NCBI GenBank assembly: GCA_938017505.1
Contig: CALIKV010000010.1
Coordinates: forward strand, 76,720-140,719
Source of the DNA: an uncultured Sulfolobales archaeon
Lineage (GTDB): Archaea > Thermoproteota > Thermoprotei_A > Sulfolobales > NBVN01
Direction of reading: 5' to 3'
DNA length: 64,000 bases
Part shown: positions 19,651 through 29,751 of the stretch, in pieces
Numbering within the stretch: the first letter of the stretch is position 1
Layout: each line of letters begins with the position of its first letter
Program-made: the position numbers and the translations under genes
The notes under the pieces: generated by a model
The model's input: the letters and a program-made list of their open reading frames with translations, nothing else
What the model was told of the DNA's origin: nothing
The model's database searches: none

Positions 19651-21017
19651 ATGGAGAAAGTTGATATAATTGTGTATGGTAGGGCATGTAGTGACTTTAG
19701 ATCAAGTTAACCGAGTAATCTCTAAGGGTGCTGTAGTAGTTAAGGATGGTGTCATTATTGATGTAGGTGAGGAAGGAGACATACGCGGTAAGTATGAGGC
19801 GGAGGAACTAATTGAGAGAAAAGATCATGTAGTGATTCCTGGTTTGGTTGATTGTCATACTCACACACAACAGTACTTGCTTAGATCCGCCATAAATGAT
19901 GAAATGCTTCAACTACCTCCTGTCTGGACTAAGGTTTTGGTTCCTTTCGAGAGAATTATGGGAGAAGATCTAGCGAGGTTGTCGAGTAGAGCTAGCATAA
20001 TTAAATGCTGAAGAACTGAATTACGTACTTTGTTGAGGCTGGTGCTCCGTACCCCGAGATCTTGGCTGAGGAGGTTCTTGCTTCCGGTATTAAGGGTGTG
20101 GTTACTTACGCAACATGTGATATTGCTGAAGAGAAGGTCGCAGAGCCTGCAGAAGTGATTAAGAAGGTCGAGAGACTCCGCGGTATGTATAGTGGTCGCG
20201 GAACAAACCTCCGTGTGCGGGCTAGTTTAAGGCAGGTTATGATGGTTTCTGAGGAGTTGATGGAGGGAGTAATTGAGTTTAGTAGGGAGCATGGTTTGGG
20301 ACTTACTCTCCATCTTGGTGAGTATCGGGGGTGGACTACACACTCGCTAAGTATGGCTTGAGGCCTCTGGAATACTTAGTTAAGCGAGGGATTAAGGAGA
20401 TCAAGCCAGTCATCATAGCTCACGGCGTCTGCTTCTCGCCGAGGGAGGTGCACATACTTAAAGAACACGGACTCGGGCTCTGTTAGCGTCCCTCAGTCGA
20501 TTCATGGCTTATGGGCATACATTGAGTAGGGCTCACTGACTTAGAGGGTCTCAAGTTAGGTATTGGGAGTGATGGTGGTGCTTGGGGCGAGATAGACCTA
20601 CTACATGAAGCTAAGATCGCTAAAGCCTTAAGTAAAGCAGCAAGCACCTCAATCACCTACTACAAAGCAGGACTAGACTCAAACACTCTACTCAAAATAC
20701 TGACAGGATCTACAGGATCTTTAGTGAGTGAAAAAATCGGAAGACTCGAGAAAGGATATGCAGCAGACATAGCAGTACTGAACATAAAAGACGTTAAGAA
20801 CCTACCTATACACAACCCTGTAGATACCGTAATAAATTATCTCGATGGAGACAACGTCACAGACGTGATCGTTAATGGGAAACTAGTAATTGAGAATGGG
20901 AAAGTCAAGACTCTAGACGGGGAGAAAATCACAGAAGAACTACTGAACTGGGAAGAAGAAATAAAAGAAAAATTCAGTGAACTAGCAAAACAACTCAAAA
21001 CAAGCCACAATATCTAG
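19651..21017 (+). pseudogene. amidohydrolase (AtzA/MTA-SAH deaminase family) pseudogene
   Basis: PGLVDCHTH, LHLGE, AHG, GSDG, GRLEKGYAAD spread over several frames; frameshifts near 19680, 20005 and 20330 plus in-frame stops. Confidence 0.88.
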
Positions 21018-21077
21018 AATGCAAGACATTTAGGGAATGAATTTAAGTAAAGAGAGTGCGCTACTTAGAAAGTAATC

Positions 21078-21359
21078 CTACTTCTTCTGAAGTGATCGGT
21101 GTTTCCTAACTAGATCTCTCATGAACTTAAGGAATTCCTGTCTTGACGGGAAGTTTATCGCGCTGGCAGGACATATAGACTCGCAGGAGCTACAGCCAAT
21201 AACGCAGCTGTAAGGGTTCTTAACTACTGGATGTCCCCCATCAGCTTCGTAAACACTATTAGGGCACCAGCTGACACAAGATAAGCAACCAACGCATTTC
21301 TCGTAATCTATTGTTGGATACCACGGTATTTCCTCGCGTGGTATTCCGAGATAAGTCAA
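21078..21359 (-). CDS. 2[4Fe-4S] ferredoxin
   Basis: CVGCLSCVSWCP and CVIGCSSCESICP. Confidence 0.92.
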   Translation of the reverse strand: MTYLGIPREEIPWYPTIDYEKCVGCLSCVSWCPNSVYEADGGHPVVKNPYSCVIGCSSCESICPASAINFPSRQEFLKFMRDLVRKHRSLQKK

Positions 21360-21370
21360 TTCCTACTCCC

Positions 21371-21754
21371 CTACACGCTAGAGCTGCTCATCACCTTACT
21401 AATTGCTTCTTCTACTTTCTTGATAGCGTCTTCAGTAGTCATATTCCTTAAATCTAGTGGAACTAGTTGCTTATCGATGTCAAGACCCTTCGATATGAAA
21501 GATTCCCTAAATAGTTTCCTCTGTAGTCGAGGATCGCAGGCACCAACGACGTATACTATATCCTTCCTACCATCCTTAAGTAAATCGTTTAAGAAGTTCT
21601 CACCATCCCCAACACATAGTTGCGGATGAACCACAGCATACTCAACATCAAGTTGTTCCCTAACGAAATTCACGAGCTGCCAGATATTTAGCTTCGCGAA
21701 ACCCGGGCAATCACCTCTGCATACGCAAAGGATAAACCTTGGTTTATCAACCAT
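21371..21754 (-). CDS. small Cys-rich protein resembling the N-terminal Fe-S module of HdrA
   Basis: FILCVCRGDC, HPQLC, VVGACDPR, LDLR motifs. Confidence 0.7.
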   Translation of the reverse strand: MVDKPRFILCVCRGDCPGFAKLNIWQLVNFVREQLDVEYAVVHPQLCVGDGENFLNDLLKDGRKDIVYVVGACDPRLQRKLFRESFISKGLDIDKQLVPLDLRNMTTEDAIKKVEEAISKVMSSSSV

Positions 21755-21859
21755 TCCGAACCCCCCAGCAACTGTAATGTAGGATTAATAAGCTTTTCAA
21801 TTAATTCATGAGCTTCAACCAACGTATCCTTGTGACATAAAACGGCATAGGAGGTGAAA

Positions 21860-22136
21860 ATGGAATGCCAAACTCTATGTAAAGTAGTGGTTGGAGCCGA
21901 CTAAAGTGCCTCCGATGTTATAGAGGGTTAAAGGCTGGCTTTCAATGCTTGAAATGCTAATGCAGACTTGAATGCAGGCCTAATGAAGGACTGAGGAATG
22001 GCTGCTGGAGGAGATTTCGGATACTCAGTTAATGAGGCAGCAAATGAAGCGGGACTCTCCACCTACTTGCTTAAACGGATACCTTACACTCACCATAGAA
22101 TCAATTAAAAAAGCCATAGCTTCAGCAAAGAAGTAA
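21860..22136 (+). pseudogene. decayed HTH transcriptional regulator
   Basis: GGAGGTGA SD + ATG (MECQTLCKVVV...), then stops and frameshifts; later fragment DFGYSVNEAANEAGLS is HTH-like. Confidence 0.4.
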
Positions 22137-22424
22137 ATCCTGAAACATTTTTGATAAGCCCACTCTCACCCTTTTTAGGCGAGAGCTTAATCGGGACATA
22201 TCAAACATAAGGCCCAAAAGCACGAAGAGGAATGTTCCCAGTATGAATGAGATTTCGCGCGCGAAAATAGTGCTTAGTAGGCCTGTCGAATCGCTTTTCA
22301 ACTCGTCTACACAAGAGCTGATGAAGGCCTATGACGATAGGCCTCAAGCGGGGCAGCGCAGCCTAACTCCTAATGAAGCTCATTGTTGCCAAGCACCTTT
22401 GGAGCTTGATTCAGAACCCAAAAT

Positions 22425-22502
22425 TGGCGGGCCCGCCGGGATTTGAACCCGGGGTCTCCGGCTCCGGAGGCCGGCGCCTTATCCTGGCTAGGCCACGGGC
22501 CC
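22425..22502 (-). tRNA. tRNA-Arg(CCG)
   Basis: GGGCCCG/CGGGCCC acceptor, CCGGC-CT-CCG-GA-GCCGG anticodon arm, GGTTCAAATCC, encoded CCA. Confidence 0.97.
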
Positions 22503-22564
22503 TCATTTAAATTATGCAGGCGGAAAATAATAGAATTTGGAATTCTGATATTATCTGGAGAGCG

Positions 22565-23014
22565 TTAATTAACTGCGGTGGTTGCGAGCTTCTTATTCCT
22601 GGCTTCCTTCAAGTATTGTATGGCGGCTGAGATGCTTCCTCTAGCCTCTATTAATGGACCCCACTTAACCCTGAATTTCTTAGGCGCTAGCGGTCTCACC
22701 CTCTTCTTAACCCTTCTAGGTACGTAGGAGCTCTCCATCTCTTTAAGACCGAATGTTCCATCAATCATTTCAGTGACAACGTCTCTCTCAATCAGCTTGA
22801 GCAACGCCTTCCTCAACCTATCCTCACCTACTAGCCCGCTTAACTCCCTCCTTAACTCCTTCCAAGCCAGCGGCCTCCCCTTACCCTTAATGATTAAAAC
22901 CACTAAATCCTCGAGCTCCTCATCGCTGGGAGCTCTCATAACTAATACTTCCTCGTCCTCATAAATAACTCTCGGCTTCTTACCTGTATCCTTAACCGTA
23001 TTAAGGTCTGCCAA
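22565..23014 (-). CDS. winged-helix-like hypothetical protein
   Basis: LAWKELRRELSGLVGEDRLRKALLKLIE..V wHTH-like pattern. Confidence 0.7.
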   Translation of the reverse strand: MADLNTVKDTGKKPRVIYEDEEVLVMRAPSDEELEDLVVLIIKGKGRPLAWKELRRELSGLVGEDRLRKALLKLIERDVVTEMIDGTFGLKEMESSYVPRRVKKRVRPLAPKKFRVKWGPLIEARGSISAAIQYLKEARNKKLATTAVN

Positions 23015-23223
23015 CCTTATCCCCTATATATATTGGACTTTGTTGCATATAAACCCGAAAAGTATTAACGACGCTAAAGAAAGCACGATATCGCCTCTGA
23101 AAGCCTTGCCACCAGGAAGGACGGCATGACTTAAGTTGATCTGCCAACCCTACCTTAGACGTAGGAGCAAGTGGCACTCCTTAAAAATAAACGATGAGCG
23201 AGAGTGTAGGTGGTGGTACTCAG

Positions 23224-23507
23224 TGAAGGTCTTAACGTTAGTTGCCGAGATCCCCCTGCAAATGAACGAAGCGTACATGCGTAAATTATTGAAGATCAAG
23301 AGCTACATTACGGAGGAGATAGGAGTTAACGTCTCTCTAGTTGTCATGTCGACTGACGACCAGCCTAAGTTAATAGTGTTCGACGAGATTATCAGCCTTA
23401 ACGAAAGCTTTACAAACATCGTTAAGGCGATAACACGGGGGCTAGCTGACAACATAGGCGATCCGAACTTCCTGGAGAAAGCTGTAGGAGGGGTTGAATC
23501 AAGTTAA
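23224..23507 (+). CDS. small thioredoxin-fold-like hypothetical protein without CXXC
   Basis: part of ORF 23136-23507; GTG at 23224 after GGTGG SD; EEIGVNVSLV...PKLIVFD pattern similar to 39486-39818. Confidence 0.6.
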
Positions 23508-23529
23508 AACTGCTAATCACGTTACGTGA

Positions 23530-23905
23530 ACTTCAGCAACATAACCCTGGCCAGTTCTCCGAAGCTACAAGATAATCAGGTTGAAGAAGCTCAAGACATC
23601 GATGGGGCTTAATCCCGTGCTCCGTCTCGAGCGTGTCATCCCTACCACGCACAGAGCGAGATTCGGGGTTATGAAGTCGTTATGGCTGAGTGTATCTCTT
23701 CGCTACTTACGCATATCTCGCCCATTATCGAGTATTAACTCTAATCTTGATATGGGTAGATTAGGGGGTATAGAAAGATATTCAAGGTCTTGGAGGTTCG
23801 CTGAGCATGTTAGGGGGTCTGTTGGAGAACATAGCAGGAAGGTTGAGAACATTACGTGGGGCCACATCCATGAACAGGAAGTACGATCTCATCACAGTGC
23901 TGGAG
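23530..23905 (+). ncRNA. candidate ~375-nt structured RNA with pseudoknot(s) (RNA B)
   Basis: TTAAAA 23504-23509; helices 23531-38/23898-905, 23554-62/23822-30, 23540-49/23664-73, 23721-32/23746-56, 23739-45/23760-66. Confidence 0.4.
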
Positions 23906-24001
23906 GGCTTAGAACTTTCAACGAATTAGTTAATCTTGTGACGGTTTTTTATGCAGGTTTATTAATTCTCACTTAATATACCCTTGGAAAGGTGTTGAAG
24001 A

Positions 24002-24709
24002 TTGGCCGTCGACGTGAGGTTAATGACTGTCGAGCTGCTTAAGGCTTATAAGAAGATTCTCAAGTATAAAGAGCTTGAGAACCTAACCGGTCTCTCCGCA
24101 CCTGGTTTATGGAGGTACATCAATAAACGTGTACGTCCTACAAAGGATAGGGCCGTAGAACTCTTTGAGATCCTTACTAGCCAGCAGGTGGTTGAGGAGA
24201 TTCTTAGGGGCAAGCTCATCGAGATAGACGAGAACTTGTTTAACTTATCGATGATCATTTACGAAGTGCCTATCCTGAAGATACTGTCCTACACGGCTTA
24301 CAGGGAGTTCCACCGTTACAACATAAACGCCGTGGTCACCGTTGAGGTTGACGGGATACCAATAGGCGTTATGATTGCTGACGCGCTTGAGTCAAAGTTA
24401 GTTATAGTTAGGAGGAGGCCTGAGATAGGCGTTAAGAAATATCACCAGGTCAGCTACATAGCGAGGGACCCGCCGGCAGTGGTCTCTCTCTTCATGCCTT
24501 CCGAGTCTCTTGAAGGAGGTGATCGCGTCCTAATAGTGGACGACCTGCTCAACAGCGGAAGGACTTCCTCAGCTCTCGTGAAGCTGATACGCATGACCGA
24601 CGCCGTGCCTGTAGGGCTCTTCTCAGTGGTTGCGATCGGCGAGAGGTGGCGTGAGCAACTGGAGAATGAAGTAGACAAGATCCACGTAGCTCTGAGGCTT
24701 AGTAGGTAG
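24002..24709 (+). CDS. HTH + phosphoribosyltransferase (PurR/adenine PRT-like)
   Basis: N-terminal HTH (YKELENLTGLSAPGLWRY) and PRPP motif VLIVDDLLNSGRT. Confidence 0.88.
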   Translation: MAVDVRLMTVELLKAYKKILKYKELENLTGLSAPGLWRYINKRVRPTKDRAVELFEILTSQQVVEEILRGKLIEIDENLFNLSMIIYEVPILKILSYTAYREFHRYNINAVVTVEVDGIPIGVMIADALESKLVIVRRRPEIGVKKYHQVSYIARDPPAVVSLFMPSESLEGGDRVLIVDDLLNSGRTSSALVKLIRMTDAVPVGLFSVVAIGERWREQLENEVDKIHVALRLSR

Positions 24710-24730
24710 AGATAGAATCACACGTGCTTA

Positions 24731-25639
24731 GTGTTCGGTATGTGCGAGGCAAGCACGCCCGAGGTCCTCGTTGACGTTTTCTCGGTCTCAATACTTATAG
24801 AGGCTTTGGCACCTTCGAAACTAAGCACCGTTAGCGGGTATAGAGGCGTTAAGGACTTGAACATAGTTCACTTCGCATACACCCCACACGTAATAAGACC
24901 TCCTTTAGAGAGAATAGTCGTCGACTCTTTAGAGGGTAGGGAGTTCACGCTAGGTAGACACTTGAGGGAGTACGCACTCCAAGCACTCAAGCACCCGTTA
25001 ATCAGAACCAACACTGCGTTCGGATACTTAATGCTTGCAATCCCGTTAGCCTACATCTTAGGTAGGGCTACTGTGTTTGGAGATGACTTGAAGTCAGCAA
25101 GAACGTTAGTCGACAAGTACTCGCCCTACGTAGTAGAGGGCTTAAGGAAGGAGGGTAGCGGCGACTTCTACTCAGCTCTAAAGATCGCCTCTATGAGGCA
25201 TATAGGCAATTACTTCGGGTCAATCCCGTCGGTAACGGAGGTGGATGAAGAGCTATTTAATAAAGTCACCCTATGGGACGTTCTAAGGGATTCAATGAAC
25301 ATAGATCTGGTAAGTCACGAGATAGTGACTGGGTTTAAGAGGGTCTTAGAGGTGTATGAGTACTTGAGCCTTATGGAAGGGCTTGAGGATCTCCTGATTA
25401 GAGTGGGTTCCGCGCACACAAAACTACTGGGGGAGTACATAGACACCCTGGTCCTAAAGAGCAGGGGTCTAAACGCTGCTCTAACCCTTAAACACCTCTC
25501 TAACCTGAGGATGGTGGTCAGCGACGAGACTTGGGCTGTAATAGACACGTACGTCAGGGAGCAGAAGCTAAACCCCGGCAGCATCTCCGATATAGTCGCT
25601 GCCGGTGTGGCGCTCTATCAAGTGAGGGGGCTATGTTAA
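24731..25639 (+). CDS. CitG-like triphosphoribosyl-dephospho-CoA synthase family protein
   Basis: NTAFG, DTLV, C-terminal LNPGSISDIVAA motif. Confidence 0.75.
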   Translation: MFGMCEASTPEVLVDVFSVSILIEALAPSKLSTVSGYRGVKDLNIVHFAYTPHVIRPPLERIVVDSLEGREFTLGRHLREYALQALKHPLIRTNTAFGYLMLAIPLAYILGRATVFGDDLKSARTLVDKYSPYVVEGLRKEGSGDFYSALKIASMRHIGNYFGSIPSVTEVDEELFNKVTLWDVLRDSMNIDLVSHEIVTGFKRVLEVYEYLSLMEGLEDLLIRVGSAHTKLLGEYIDTLVLKSRGLNAALTLKHLSNLRMVVSDETWAVIDTYVREQKLNPGSISDIVAAGVALYQVRGLC

Positions 25640-26217
25640 GGGTTCTGAATGGAAGGATGGTAAAAACTAGGAAGGAGTTATCGGCGTTGATGGGTGAGGG
25701 GGTGGAAGCCTACGTATTCTTAGGAGGTCCCAGGCTCCCGTTAGGACACGTAAATGCGGTTCTCGGAAGCCCCTTCTACGTAGTCACGGGGAAATACGAT
25801 GATATATACGTAACTAAGGCGGCAAGGGATTTAGGCAGGTTGCTAGACGCTCGCGTCCTTGACCTCGGGAGGTATCACATGGTAGGCATCGGGGGTATAG
25901 ACCCTCATTACTGTGTATCTAAGGCCCTGAAGTTGTTGAGCGATATTGACACACGCGAAGTCCTGGTCTTCTCATACCTACCGGCAATGAATTGGTGTGA
26001 CCTCGTGCCGAGGTTAAATGTTAGAGCAGGGCTGCCGGAGCTCTCCGACTTTATTGAAAGAGTTAAGCCGAGGTTGTTCGTGAGTCTTGGGAGTGAGAGT
26101 TGCTGTAAGTTGAGTGGGGGTATCAAGGTAATCACAATGAGCGCGAGCGATACCTACCTAGACATAAACCTGGACTCAGACCTCCCTAGCCATGACCCAG
26201 GCGTCCTCACCGTCTAA
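25633..26217 (+). CDS. degenerate metallophosphoesterase-like hypothetical protein
   Basis: ATG at 25633 overlaps the citG stop; VVTGKYD, GIGG, SYLP, G..ELSDFIERVKP echo Icc-type motifs without the His ligands. Confidence 0.55.
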   Translation: MLRVLNGRMVKTRKELSALMGEGVEAYVFLGGPRLPLGHVNAVLGSPFYVVTGKYDDIYVTKAARDLGRLLDARVLDLGRYHMVGIGGIDPHYCVSKALKLLSDIDTREVLVFSYLPAMNWCDLVPRLNVRAGLPELSDFIERVKPRLFVSLGSESCCKLSGGIKVITMSASDTYLDINLDSDLPSHDPGVLTV

Positions 26218-26652
26218 GTAGTAGAACCTGATCCTCTGAACCTTCTTAAACCCTAGCTTCTCGTAGAGACTGATGGCGGGTTCGTTACTAACCCTGACCT
26301 CGAGATACACTTCACTCACCTTATAGAAGGCCTTCAACCTATTTAGCGCTTCAATCATTAAGGCACGTCCTATACCCCTACCTCTGTAGTCTGGATGGAC
26401 GGCGATGCTTATCACGTGCCCAACCTTCTTAAAGAGAGACTTATTTATGTAACCCAATCCCCTCTCAACCCGACACATGACATAGCCTACCACTAAGGAG
26501 TTTAGGTCGGCAACTAGGAAGGCCTCACCCCACATATCTAGATGATGCCTCCAAAAATCTTCCGGGTAATGCTCTCTAAGGGAGACCATGTTTATATTTA
26601 TGACAGCAGGTAAATCCTCCGCCCTCGCGATCCTTATTAGGGCCTCGTTCAT
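26176..26652 (-). CDS. ard1: N-terminal protein acetyltransferase (Ard1/RimI, GNAT)
   Basis: GHVISIAVHPDYRGRGIG, LEVRVSN, YYLDGEDA. Confidence 0.92.
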   Translation of the reverse strand: MNEALIRIARAEDLPAVININMVSLREHYPEDFWRHHLDMWGEAFLVADLNSLVVGYVMCRVERGLGYINKSLFKKVGHVISIAVHPDYRGRGIGRALMIEALNRLKAFYKVSEVYLEVRVSNEPAISLYEKLGFKKVQRIRFYYLDGEDAWVMAREV

Positions 26653-26714
26653 CGAAGCACCCGAAATTAATCACCGGTCTCAGTGTATTATATTAATTAA
26701 ATAACAGTAATTAA

Positions 26715-27986
26715 TTGGACGTGTACGCGATGCTTAGGGAACTAGCGTTTCACCCGGCGGAGGAGATAAGGTGTAGTAAATCGAGGCACCTGGACGGTGT
26801 CAAGATAGGCTTTGGACTGACAGGCTCCGTTGCGATTTACAAGGTAATTGACGTCATGCGTGAGCTGATTAGGAGGGGGGCGGTGATTCATACAGTCATG
26901 TCTAAAGCCGCAACTGAGTTGCTAGGTCCTACGTTGGTTGAGTGGGCGGTTGGGAGTAAGGTGTTCACGGAGTTTAAGGGTGAGGTAGGTCATGTCTCTT
27001 TAAGTAGAGAAGTTGATTCCTTCGTGATAGCTCCAGCTACCGCCGACGTGATAGGTAAGGTTGCCGGCGGCATATGTGATAATCCTGTCTCCCTAACTGC
27101 CGTCAACATTCTTGGTCTTAAAAAACCTGTGGTAGTGGTTCCGGCCATGCACTCAGGTCTCTGGAACTCCCCTCCGGTAGTTGAGTCTCTGAACCGCCTT
27201 GAGGGTTTAGGAGCCACTGTGGTCCCTCCGGACCTCTCTGAGGGTAGGGCTAAGTTCCCGGGGGATGACGATATCCTAGCGGCTGTGGAGGTAGCCACCT
27301 TGAGAGGGAGGGATTTAAGGTCTTTGAGACTATTGGTAACAGCCGGGCCCACTAGGGAGTACCTCGATGAGGTGAGGTACATCACTAACTCAAGCAGTGG
27401 TAAGATGGGTGTAGCCGTAGCTAGGGAGGCGTACTTCCGGGGGGCTGAGGTTACGCTCATCCACGGACCCCTAGCTGTAGAGAGGCCGCACTACGTCAGG
27501 GCGGTTGAAGTAAGGACGACCGAGGAGATGCTTGACGCAGTGATGACGGAGGTCAGAAGCAGGAGATATGACGCCGTAGTTCTGGCGGCGGCCCCAGTGG
27601 ATTTCAAGTTCACACAATTCACTGAGGGGAAGATCAAGTCGGACGTGAATAGACTGAGTGCTGAACTTGAGGTCACACCTAAGATATCGCTTAACCTGAG
27701 GAAGGAGTTCTCAGGCATCGTAGTAGGGTTCGCCGCTGAGGTGGTTAGAGGCAACACTGACAAGCTGATCAAAGCTGCGCAGGACAAGTTAGAGGACAGG
27801 GGATTCGATTTAATTATAGCTAACGACGTCAGCCAGCCTGATGTAGGTTTCGCCTCTGACTATAATGAAGTGGTAATAATCACTAAGGGGGGACGTAGTG
27901 AGGTAATTAAGAAATCGTTGAAAGACGTTATAGCCAGGAGGATTGTAGACCTACTTAAAGAGGAGCTAGCTAATAATGAACGTTAA
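26715..27986 (+). CDS. coaBC: bifunctional phosphopantothenoylcysteine decarboxylase/synthetase
   Basis: TGSVA, APATA, PAMH, TAGPTRE..D.VRYITNSSSGKMG, GFAAE, ANDV. Confidence 0.95.
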   Translation: MDVYAMLRELAFHPAEEIRCSKSRHLDGVKIGFGLTGSVAIYKVIDVMRELIRRGAVIHTVMSKAATELLGPTLVEWAVGSKVFTEFKGEVGHVSLSREVDSFVIAPATADVIGKVAGGICDNPVSLTAVNILGLKKPVVVVPAMHSGLWNSPPVVESLNRLEGLGATVVPPDLSEGRAKFPGDDDILAAVEVATLRGRDLRSLRLLVTAGPTREYLDEVRYITNSSSGKMGVAVAREAYFRGAEVTLIHGPLAVERPHYVRAVEVRTTEEMLDAVMTEVRSRRYDAVVLAAAPVDFKFTQFTEGKIKSDVNRLSAELEVTPKISLNLRKEFSGIVVGFAAEVVRGNTDKLIKAAQDKLEDRGFDLIIANDVSQPDVGFASDYNEVVIITKGGRSEVIKKSLKDVIARRIVDLLKEELANNER

Positions 27987-28854
27987 AGTACCTTTACATA
28001 TCTCGGGCTTCTGGGTCCCCCATATGACCGGTGATCCGCTGACGGCAGGTTCTCTTGGCGCCGGGATCACGTTGAGACCGTGTGTTACGGCTCAAGTTAT
28101 GAAGGGCCGTGAGGATAGGGTTATAGTGAATTCAAGAACCATGACTCACGGTTTAATTGAAACTATTAAGAGAATCACCAGTAGCGACACTGTTAACATC
28201 GAGGTTTCCACGCCAGCCCTCCTGGGTGAGGGGCTGGGCTTCAGCGCAGCCTTATCAATAGTAGCGGCGTCATCGGCGCTTATCAACACCGGCAGAAGCG
28301 CGACGTTGACTAGAGTCGGCGTCATAGCGCATGAGGCTGAGGTGATGATGTTGACCGGGTTGGGCGATGTCGCGGCTGAACTACGCGGCGGCGGTTTAGT
28401 CATCAGGACTAAGCCAGGGGCGCCAGGTGTTGGCGAGGTAGACGTATCGCCTGTCAGGGACTCCGTCAGCGTTGTGGCTTGTCTCATTAGAAGCGACCTG
28501 GCAACGCCGGACATGCTTAGAGTTTATGGCCCCAAGATAAAGGAGGTGGGTAGGGAGATTTTCAGGAGATTCATCGCTGAACCATCCTTCGATAAGTTCC
28601 TTGAGTTATCCCACGAATTCAGTAGGTCAGTCTTCATAACTGACGACGTGGACTCCACGCTTAGATCTGTCTTGAGTAGGTACTTAAAATCCGGGGAAGT
28701 CCTCACGTATTTCATAAAGAAAGGCACTCTAGTGGTGGTTACGTCTGGAAAGCCTAGCACGGCCTTACTGGAGGACGTTGGAAGGACCGGCATCAAGTTG
28801 ATAGGGGTTTTCGAGCCGTCGTTTGAGGGCACAACAATGGTTTTCAGTTCTTAA
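27976..28854 (+). CDS. pantoate kinase (GHMP family, PoK)
   Basis: PLHISGFW, GSLGAG, GEGLGFSAA, AHEAEV..LTGLGDV. Confidence 0.9.
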   Translation: MNVKVPLHISGFWVPHMTGDPLTAGSLGAGITLRPCVTAQVMKGREDRVIVNSRTMTHGLIETIKRITSSDTVNIEVSTPALLGEGLGFSAALSIVAASSALINTGRSATLTRVGVIAHEAEVMMLTGLGDVAAELRGGGLVIRTKPGAPGVGEVDVSPVRDSVSVVACLIRSDLATPDMLRVYGPKIKEVGREIFRRFIAEPSFDKFLELSHEFSRSVFITDDVDSTLRSVLSRYLKSGEVLTYFIKKGTLVVVTSGKPSTALLEDVGRTGIKLIGVFEPSFEGTTMVFSS

Positions 28855-28856
28855 GG

Positions 28857-29675
28857 ATGCAAAGCAGTAATGAAACGGTGGGATGGATGGGTGAGGAAGT
28901 GGAGTCTAGCGTGCCGCGTACTCATCCCAGGTACAAGTCTTTACTCGTCAGGGAGAGACTGATTAAGGGATTCGAAGAAGGCTATGTTGCGAGGGCCGGC
29001 TTGATAGCTCATGGTAGGGGGGAGTGCTTCGACTACCTAATAGGTGAGACAACCATTGAACCGGCTGTAAAGGCCATCGAAGCCGCTGCCGCCGCATTAC
29101 TCCTAGCCAGGAACCCGGTAATTTCAGTTAACGGCAACGTAGCTGCTTTAGTGCCTGAGGAGGTGGTGAGGCTGGCCGACGTTGTTAACGCTAAGCTAGA
29201 GGTTAACCTCTTCTACAGAACTGAGGATCGAGCGAGGAGGATAGCCGAGATCCTTACGAGGCACGGGGCCCGGGAGGTACTCGGCGTCGACGACGCCGTG
29301 GCTGAGATACCTGAGCTACTGAGCCAAAGGAGGAAGGTAAGTCGTAGAGGGATATTGATCGCTGACGTGGTTCTGGCACCGCTTGAGGACGGGGATAGGA
29401 CGGAAGCGCTGAGGAGAATGGGTAAGTCTGTTATAACCATTGACCTAAACCCGCTTTCAAGGACCTCCAGGTCAGCAACAATAACGATAGTTGACAATGT
29501 AGTGAGGGCGATGCCTAAGATGGTAGAGTACGCTCGGGAGCTAAGTACTTACTCAAGGGAGGGGCTCACCGACATACTGAATAACTATGACAACAACGAA
29601 ACCTTAGTACAGGCGTTAAAGCACATCATTAAGAGGCTTGACGAGCTCTCTCAATCGAAACTCACGTTATTCTAG
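28857..29675 (+). CDS. 4-phosphopantoate-beta-alanine ligase (PPS)
   Basis: HPRYKSL, GLIAHGRGE.FDYLIGE, SVNGN, PLEDGDR, DLNPLSRT. Confidence 0.95.
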   Translation: MQSSNETVGWMGEEVESSVPRTHPRYKSLLVRERLIKGFEEGYVARAGLIAHGRGECFDYLIGETTIEPAVKAIEAAAAALLLARNPVISVNGNVAALVPEEVVRLADVVNAKLEVNLFYRTEDRARRIAEILTRHGAREVLGVDDAVAEIPELLSQRRKVSRRGILIADVVLAPLEDGDRTEALRRMGKSVITIDLNPLSRTSRSATITIVDNVVRAMPKMVEYARELSTYSREGLTDILNNYDNNETLVQALKHIIKRLDELSQSKLTLF

Positions 29676-29751
29676 TCCGGTCGGGTTTGAAAACGCCTAG
29701 ACCGGCACATAAAGTAATCTCTGTCTTCACGATACGGTGGTCAGCACTCCC

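Noticed and set aside
22243..22446. 67-aa ORF
   Set aside because: Overlaps tRNA-Arg antisense; no motif
23581..23880. RNase P RNA (UGAAGAAGCUC and AACAGGAAG resemble CR-I/CR-V)
   Set aside because: The two segments cannot form P4, and the CR-II/III motifs are absent
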